The translations under genes were made by a program, and so were the position numbers. Of a stretch of 64,000 nucleotides of DNA, positions 58,893 through 64,000 are shown in pieces (within the stretch, counting starts at the first letter, position 1; every line of letters starts with the position of its first letter). The stretch lies in assembly GCA_965218585.1 (NCBI GenBank), contig CBDCLE010000002.1, positions 480,001 to 544,000 of the forward strand, given 5' to 3'. The stretch comes from Terriglobia bacterium. GTDB taxonomy: Bacteria > Acidobacteriota > Terriglobia > 20CM-2-55-15. Under the pieces are notes generated by a model. That model did not search any database, was not told the DNA's origin, and saw only the letters and a program-made list of their open reading frames with translations.

Positions 58893-60509
58893 ATGAGCAA
58901 TGTCTTGAGCACAGAAAAGAGAGAACAAGTTGTTGCATTGGGGCGGCTTGGATGGCCGCTGCGTCGGATTGAACAGACCACTGGCGTTCGCCGTGAGACG
59001 GCCAGTGGGTATCTGAGAGCGGCCGGAATCCCCGTACGGCCGCCCGGTAGCTGGGGCCGGCGACCGGCAAAACCGGCCAACGAGGTGACCACCGACCCGG
59101 ACGGCGTAAGTGGTGTCGTTGAAAGGGTTGGCGATTCCGATATTTCAAAACCGGCCAACGAAGTGACCACCGACTCGGAGGCCGAGAATCCGGTCCCGGC
59201 AGAGTCGTCGAGCCCACCGTCGAGCAGTTCCTGCGAGCCGTACCGGGAGACGATCGAACAGGCGCTGGAGCGTGGCCGCAACGCGATGGCGATCTGGCAG
59301 GACCTGGTTACGGATCATGGCTTTGCCAGCAGCTACGAAGCGGTCAAGCGGTTCGTTCGCAAACTCCGGGGCGTGCGGTCTCCCGTAGCGGTCGGCATCA
59401 TCCAAACCGACCCTGGAGAAGAAGCCCAGGTCGACTACGGAACCGGACCCATGGTTCGGGATCCGAAGACCGGCAAGTACCGGCGGACCCGGCTGTTCGT
59501 GATGACGCTGGGCTACAGCCGCAAATCCGTGCGGTTGCTGAGCTTCAAATCCAGTTCCCTTATCTGGGCCCAGCTGCACGAGACCGCGTTCCGGCGCCTG
59601 GGTGGCAGTCCCCGTCTCATGATCCTGGACAACCTGCGCGAGGGTGTGATCGACCCGGAGTATTACGACCCCACGCTGAATCCGCTGTTCCGGGATGTGC
59701 TGGCTCACTACGGCGTGGTGGCCCTGCCATGCCGGGTGCGCGACCCAGACCGCAAAGGGAAAGTGGAGTCCGGGGTGGGACACGCCCAGAAGACCCCACT
59801 GAAGGGACAGCGCTTCGAGAGCCTCGAGGAGGCTCAGGCGTATCTGGACCGGTGGGCCGACACCCGCATCCACGGCACGACCAAGCGGCAGGTGGGGGCC
59901 ATGTTCGCTGAAGAGAAGCCGTCGCTAAAGCGGCTGCCGATCGAACCCTTCCGCTACTACAAGTACGGGCAGCGTGTCGTCCATCTCGACGGTTGTGTGG
60001 AAGTCGAAGCGGCCTATTACGGTTTACCGCCCGGTTGGATCGGACGAACGGTCAAAGTGCAGTGGGACACTCTCCACGTCCGGATCCTCGACCCGAACAC
60101 CTATCAACTCCTGCGGGAGCATGTCCGTCAAAAACGCGGTGGATATCGTGTCCGCCCCGAAGACAATCCCAAAAAGACGCCCCTAACTACCGTGCAACTG
60201 CTCGCCCGCGCCCGCCGCGCCGGAACCCATATCGGCACGCTATGTGAGGGGATTCATCGCCGACAGGGGAAGGCTGCGGTCCGCCGCATCCTGGGTGTAC
60301 TCTCCCTGGCCAAGAGGTACGGTGTGTCCGCCGTCGAGGATGCTTCGGCTGTGGCACTGGAACTCCACGTCTACGAGTATCGTTTCCTCCGCCGCTATCT
60401 GGAGCGGCGACCTCCACTCGCACTCCGTCAGGTCGATCCTCTCATTCGTGAACTGACCCAGTATCGCGATCTCATCAACCTCAAGATCCAGGAGCAGGAA
60501 CAATCATGA
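58893..60509 (+). CDS. istA: IS21 transposase IstA
   Basis: PGEEAQVD, LGYSR, DNL, KGKVES, RIHGTT. Confidence 0.93.
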   Translation: MSNVLSTEKREQVVALGRLGWPLRRIEQTTGVRRETASGYLRAAGIPVRPPGSWGRRPAKPANEVTTDPDGVSGVVERVGDSDISKPANEVTTDSEAENPVPAESSSPPSSSSCEPYRETIEQALERGRNAMAIWQDLVTDHGFASSYEAVKRFVRKLRGVRSPVAVGIIQTDPGEEAQVDYGTGPMVRDPKTGKYRRTRLFVMTLGYSRKSVRLLSFKSSSLIWAQLHETAFRRLGGSPRLMILDNLREGVIDPEYYDPTLNPLFRDVLAHYGVVALPCRVRDPDRKGKVESGVGHAQKTPLKGQRFESLEEAQAYLDRWADTRIHGTTKRQVGAMFAEEKPSLKRLPIEPFRYYKYGQRVVHLDGCVEVEAAYYGLPPGWIGRTVKVQWDTLHVRILDPNTYQLLREHVRQKRGGYRVRPEDNPKKTPLTTVQLLARARRAGTHIGTLCEGIHRRQGKAAVRRILGVLSLAKRYGVSAVEDASAVALELHVYEYRFLRRYLERRPPLALRQVDPLIRELTQYRDLINLKIQEQEQS

Positions 60510-61261
60510 ATCTCATTGAACTCCAGCGGGCTCTCCGACAACTCCGTCTCGGCGGCATCGCCGAGGTCCTGGAAACACGACTCCACCAGGCCCAGACCGA
60601 ACCCATGGCGCCGATCGATCTGGTCTCCCGCCTAGTCTCCGACGAACTGGACCGTCGCAGCATCCGACTGCTGGAACGCCGGCGGAAGCAAGCCCGGTTC
60701 CGCGATCCCCACAAGACGCTGGACAGCTTCGACTTCACTTTCAACAAGAAGATGAATCGCAGTCTGGTCTTCGATCTGGCCACGGCCGCATTCATCTCCA
60801 GACACGAAGACGCCTTGTTTCTCGGTCCACCCGGCACCGGCAAGAGTCATCTGGCTCAGGCCATCGGTCTGGCCGCCATCGAGCAAGGCTATCGGGTCGT
60901 CTACCGTGAAACCCATGCCCTTCTCGACGACATCGCCGAAGCCACCATCGACGGGACCCGTAAGGAGTTTATGGAGGCTCTGGCCACGGTCCCGTTGCTG
61001 ATCATCGACGACCTGGGGATACGGAAGCTCCCCCCGACTGCAGCAGAGGAACTTCTCGAGATCGTTATGCGACGGTATGAACGAACCAGCACGTTACTGA
61101 CATCGAATCGGCCCGTCGAAGACTGGGGCAAACTACTCGGCGACAGCGCGGCTGTGACTGCGATGCTGGATCGGTTGCTCCATCACGGCCACATCCTCAA
61201 GTGCGGGCCTCGGAGTTGGCGCACCAAAACGGGCTTGCCGACTCCCCCACGAAAGGGGTAG
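60506..61261 (+). CDS. istB: IS21 helper ATPase IstB
   Basis: GPPGTGKSHLA Walker A, LIIDDLG, TSN, LDRLLHH. Confidence 0.95.
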   Translation: MNLIELQRALRQLRLGGIAEVLETRLHQAQTEPMAPIDLVSRLVSDELDRRSIRLLERRRKQARFRDPHKTLDSFDFTFNKKMNRSLVFDLATAAFISRHEDALFLGPPGTGKSHLAQAIGLAAIEQGYRVVYRETHALLDDIAEATIDGTRKEFMEALATVPLLIIDDLGIRKLPPTAAEELLEIVMRRYERTSTLLTSNRPVEDWGKLLGDSAAVTAMLDRLLHHGHILKCGPRSWRTKTGLPTPPRKG

Positions 61262-61685
61262 AACTACACCGTCCCGGGCCATGCCCGTTGGCCGGTTTTG
61301 AAGTGACCACTGAGGCAAACTCGCAGTGCAACAGACCACCGCCACCGGCGACCAAGCCTTAATCCTACCCGACGGCCTGTCGTGGGTGGGCGGGGACTTC
61401 CACTGCGGCGACGTGTTAACCTTCCACTGTCTCACCATCCACCAAGGCCAAGACAACGAAAGTCGCGACCACCTGCGCATGTCGCTAGACTACCGCTACC
61501 AGCCCATCAGCCACCCCGTGCACCCCGACTCGCTTGAGCCGCACCAACAAGTCACCGATACCACAGGAAATTTCTCCTGGGAAAATATCTACTCGGACTG
61601 GGCACCGGAAGACCCGCTCAAGTACTACTGGCAACGATTGGGTCCGAAGATCATCCCCAGGGATTGACGTGCAGGGTATCGCTAA

Positions 61686-63422
61686 CCCGCATGTTTCACC
61701 AGTCCGGCGATCAGGGGGATTTGGGCAGTAAGAATCGGATTCGGGAGGATCTGGGTTCGAATTGGGCATGTGTGGCGTGACTCGGCGGTGTCGACAAGCG
61801 GGAGTTGCTGCGTTTTCGGGTTCAGAAGAGGGTGACGAAACGCACTGAGACAAACCTCGGCGGAGCCGAAAAGAGCGAGTCGATTTTGGCGCAGGGGATC
61901 GGGTCGGTTCTCAGCAGCGCAGAGGAAGCGCCTGCAGGTTTCGATGGACGAGGGCAAAGACCTCGGCGTAGGGATAGGCTTCCGACATGGAGATCCAGAT
62001 GTTGCGAACCGTCAGACGGACTTGAGCTCCGATCTTGAGGAGCTTCAAGCGGATCGTCTGGCACTGAGCGCGGGCCAGATCGGTATTCTTCAGTCCCAGA
62101 CGGCGTAACGCGTGCAGGAGCATGTAGGCGGCCGAGGACAGATAGAGCCGGAGTTGATTGGCGCGCATGGTTGCCGCGCTGGTCCGGTCGGCGAATAGAT
62201 CCAACTGCTGTTCCTTGATGCGATTTTCCATGTCGCCCCGCGCACAGTAAAAGTCTTCATAGAGGGCGCGGGCGTCCAGGCGTTCCGGCGACAGTGAGGT
62301 CACAACGAATCGAGGATTGGCGCCTTTCTCCAGGAACTCGGCCTTGCCGATGACGCGTCGGGTGCAGGTCCAGCTCTTCCGAGTGCGATACCGGAAATCG
62401 TTAAACACCCGCGCCGGTTTCCCGGTGTCGTTAAACTCGGCTTCGGCCTGACTCATCGATTCAGCGATCTCGCGCTTGAGCCGATCGTTCTTGGCCAGAC
62501 CCACCACGTAATCGACCTGGTGGGCCTCGCACCAACTCAGCAATTCATCCCGGCAAAAGCCCGAGTCGGCCCGGATGATAATCGACACCTCCGGCCAGCT
62601 CTGCCGGATCTGGCCGATGATGCGGTTCAATTCCTCGACGGCGCCGTCCGCACCGTCGACATTGGAGCACCGCAACCGGGCGCATAGCAGATGCTCTCCC
62701 GAAAAGATGTAGAGCGGCAGATAACAGTAGTTGCCGTAGTAGCCGTGAAAGAACCGTCCTTCCTGATGGCCATGGATCGGATCATCGGTCGCATCCAGGT
62801 CCAGAACAATCTCCTCGGGCGCCGATCCGTGAGCCGCCACAAATGCATCCACCATCCAGCGGTCGATCTTGTCCGGGTCCATGGCCATCTTCTTGTACCG
62901 CTCCTTCCCATCGACTTGCTCCCCGGTCAGTTCCAACCGGTTCAGCGTACACTTGCCCGCCAACGCTTTTCCCCGGTCTCGGGCCTGCCGCCGCTTCTCC
63001 CCCAGTGGATCGGCCTTATCCACCGCCACGGCCAGCATCGGATCGGTCCGCAGTTGGTCATGATCGTTCAGATCCTCGTAGCCCAGACAGAGTCCGTAGA
63101 CGCGCTGCCCCAATAACTCGCTCACCGTGTGTTCGATCAACCTCGCGTCCCGGTAATCCCTGAAACACTCGGCCAGTCCGGCGATCAGACCCGTTCGCTT
63201 TTCCACTTCCCTCAACAGCAGAACCCCAGCGTCGGAGGTGATCTTTCCGCCGTCAAAACGCGCCTTCACTTTTCGTTGAAGAAGTCCGTGAAATTCGAAC
63301 GTCGTTTGGTTACACTCTGTTCTCATAAGGGCCGTCTCCGTTTGGCTTGTTAAACGTTTATTTCAAAACGCTTTATGCCAGACAGGGCGGCCTTTTCTGG
63401 TCCTATCGGTGAAATATGCGGG
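61686..63422 (-). mobile_element. IS1380 family insertion sequence (copy 2, inverted)
   Basis: Same IRs and identical protein to copy 1; flanks in element orientation are CTAG (IRL) and TTAG (IRR). Confidence 0.93.
61911..63326 (-). CDS. IS1380 family transposase
   Basis: Identical translation to 40021..41436. Confidence 0.95.
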   Translation of the reverse strand: MRTECNQTTFEFHGLLQRKVKARFDGGKITSDAGVLLLREVEKRTGLIAGLAECFRDYRDARLIEHTVSELLGQRVYGLCLGYEDLNDHDQLRTDPMLAVAVDKADPLGEKRRQARDRGKALAGKCTLNRLELTGEQVDGKERYKKMAMDPDKIDRWMVDAFVAAHGSAPEEIVLDLDATDDPIHGHQEGRFFHGYYGNYCYLPLYIFSGEHLLCARLRCSNVDGADGAVEELNRIIGQIRQSWPEVSIIIRADSGFCRDELLSWCEAHQVDYVVGLAKNDRLKREIAESMSQAEAEFNDTGKPARVFNDFRYRTRKSWTCTRRVIGKAEFLEKGANPRFVVTSLSPERLDARALYEDFYCARGDMENRIKEQQLDLFADRTSAATMRANQLRLYLSSAAYMLLHALRRLGLKNTDLARAQCQTIRLKLLKIGAQVRLTVRNIWISMSEAYPYAEVFALVHRNLQALPLRC

Positions 63423-63987
63423 CTAGGAGTTTCAACTCCTCGCGCAAGGCCTTGAGCCCTCGCCTCAACAGCCCCGCGACACTGGCTTTGCTTCGATCCA
63501 TGAACTCGGCGATCTCGGCCAGCGACAATTCCCCCAGATGCCGGAGCTCCACGGCAGTCCGCTGGTCTTCGGGGAGGGTTTCCAGCGCTCTTACCAGGAG
63601 CAATTGCTGTTCGTGCCGGGCCAGATGTTGACTCGGCGAGGTCTGCTTCAAGTCAGGCATCCGGCGCATCCGGCCGTCTATATTCTCTATGGTTTCCCTA
63701 TAGGTTTCTTCAAGCGCCGCGTCCCGTTTCTTGCGGAGGAAGTGACGCTCCTTGTCGATCAGTTCGTTCTTGAGAATCTGTCTCAGCCAGCCCATGAACT
63801 CCTCTGGGATTTTGCCCTTAAACTGTTTTTCGCGTTTATGGGCCCTCAGCATTACGTCCTGGACGAGATCCGATGCCCCAACCCTGTTGCGTACTGGACC
63901 CGCATTGGCCAGCAGAACACGGGCCAGTCCCATCAAGTAGGCCCGGTAAGATTCAAGGGGAGACGTAGGCGTAACTTCGGTTCGCAT
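63403..63987 (-). CDS. ECF RNA polymerase sigma-70 factor (kinase-associated, Planctomycete-like); last codons replaced by IS1380 sequence
   Basis: YR.YL..LA, ASDLVQD, WLRQIL.N, TSPSQ, LPEDQR....LRH...LS..EIA..M.RS..SV.GLL.RGL..LR. Confidence 0.9.
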   Translation of the reverse strand: MRTEVTPTSPLESYRAYLMGLARVLLANAGPVRNRVGASDLVQDVMLRAHKREKQFKGKIPEEFMGWLRQILKNELIDKERHFLRKKRDAALEETYRETIENIDGRMRRMPDLKQTSPSQHLARHEQQLLLVRALETLPEDQRTAVELRHLGELSLAEIAEFMDRSKASVAGLLRRGLKALREELKLLARIFHR

Positions 63988-64000
63988 TTTGAGCAACTGT

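Larger units (their letters stand above)
58793..61315 (+). mobile_element. IS21 family insertion sequence
   Basis: IRs CCTCGGCGGTCACCCAAAACCGGCCAA / TTGGCCGGTTTTGAAGTGACCACTGAGG; TSD CAAAC; istA-istB with ATGA overlap. Confidence 0.93.
58240..61667 (+). pseudogene. Phytanoyl-CoA dioxygenase (PhyH, Fe/2OG) family gene split by IS21
   Basis: PHQD, WTAWIP.GD and PGTHK lie before the IS; GDVLTFH..TIH and R.SLDYRYQ lie after it. Rejoins as HKLGK-LAVQQ. Confidence 0.9.

Noticed and set aside
39925-63422. Composite transposon bounded by IS1380 copies
   Set aside because: The outer flanks (TTAG, CTAG) are not a duplication; the swapped TSDs fit two independent insertions followed by inversion.

Overview
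64 kb of a GC-rich bacterial chromosome. The gene families present (DUF6152 paralogues, PQQ dehydrogenase, LVIVD/PD40 lipoproteins, Trans_reg_C membrane regulator, STK-linked ECF sigma) suggest an Acidobacteriota/Planctomycetota-like environmental organism; this is inference only. The left half (1-32 kb) is mostly metabolic and periplasmic: mddA, a six-gene operon with orphan eboE and a MetE-like enzyme, aldehyde and PQQ dehydrogenases, an M16 protease and a GGDEF protein. It also carries two families of intergenic palindromes and several genes broken by single-base lesions. A 3'-half tRNA-Arg(CCG) at 35.03 kb looks like an att scar. The right half holds nine IS copies whose ends can be read from the sequence: IS701, an ISNCY-like element, 2x IS1380, 3x IS256, a passenger-carrying IS1595 and IS21. 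Swapped target duplications show that the 20 kb between the two IS1380 copies has been inverted, separating an ECF sigma factor from a desaturase, Ser/Thr kinase and DUF6152-fusion gene run. The best candidates for undescribed biology are (i) a recurrent secreted two-partner module (DUF6152 with an N-terminal HHS plus a two-Cys partner, found split twice and fused once), (ii) a phage C4/CI-like structured RNA inside the IS1595 cargo, (iii) the eboE/MetE-like operon, and (iv) GGGGAC...GTCCCC palindromic elements with variable arms. All protein calls come from motif recognition by eye; no searches were run.
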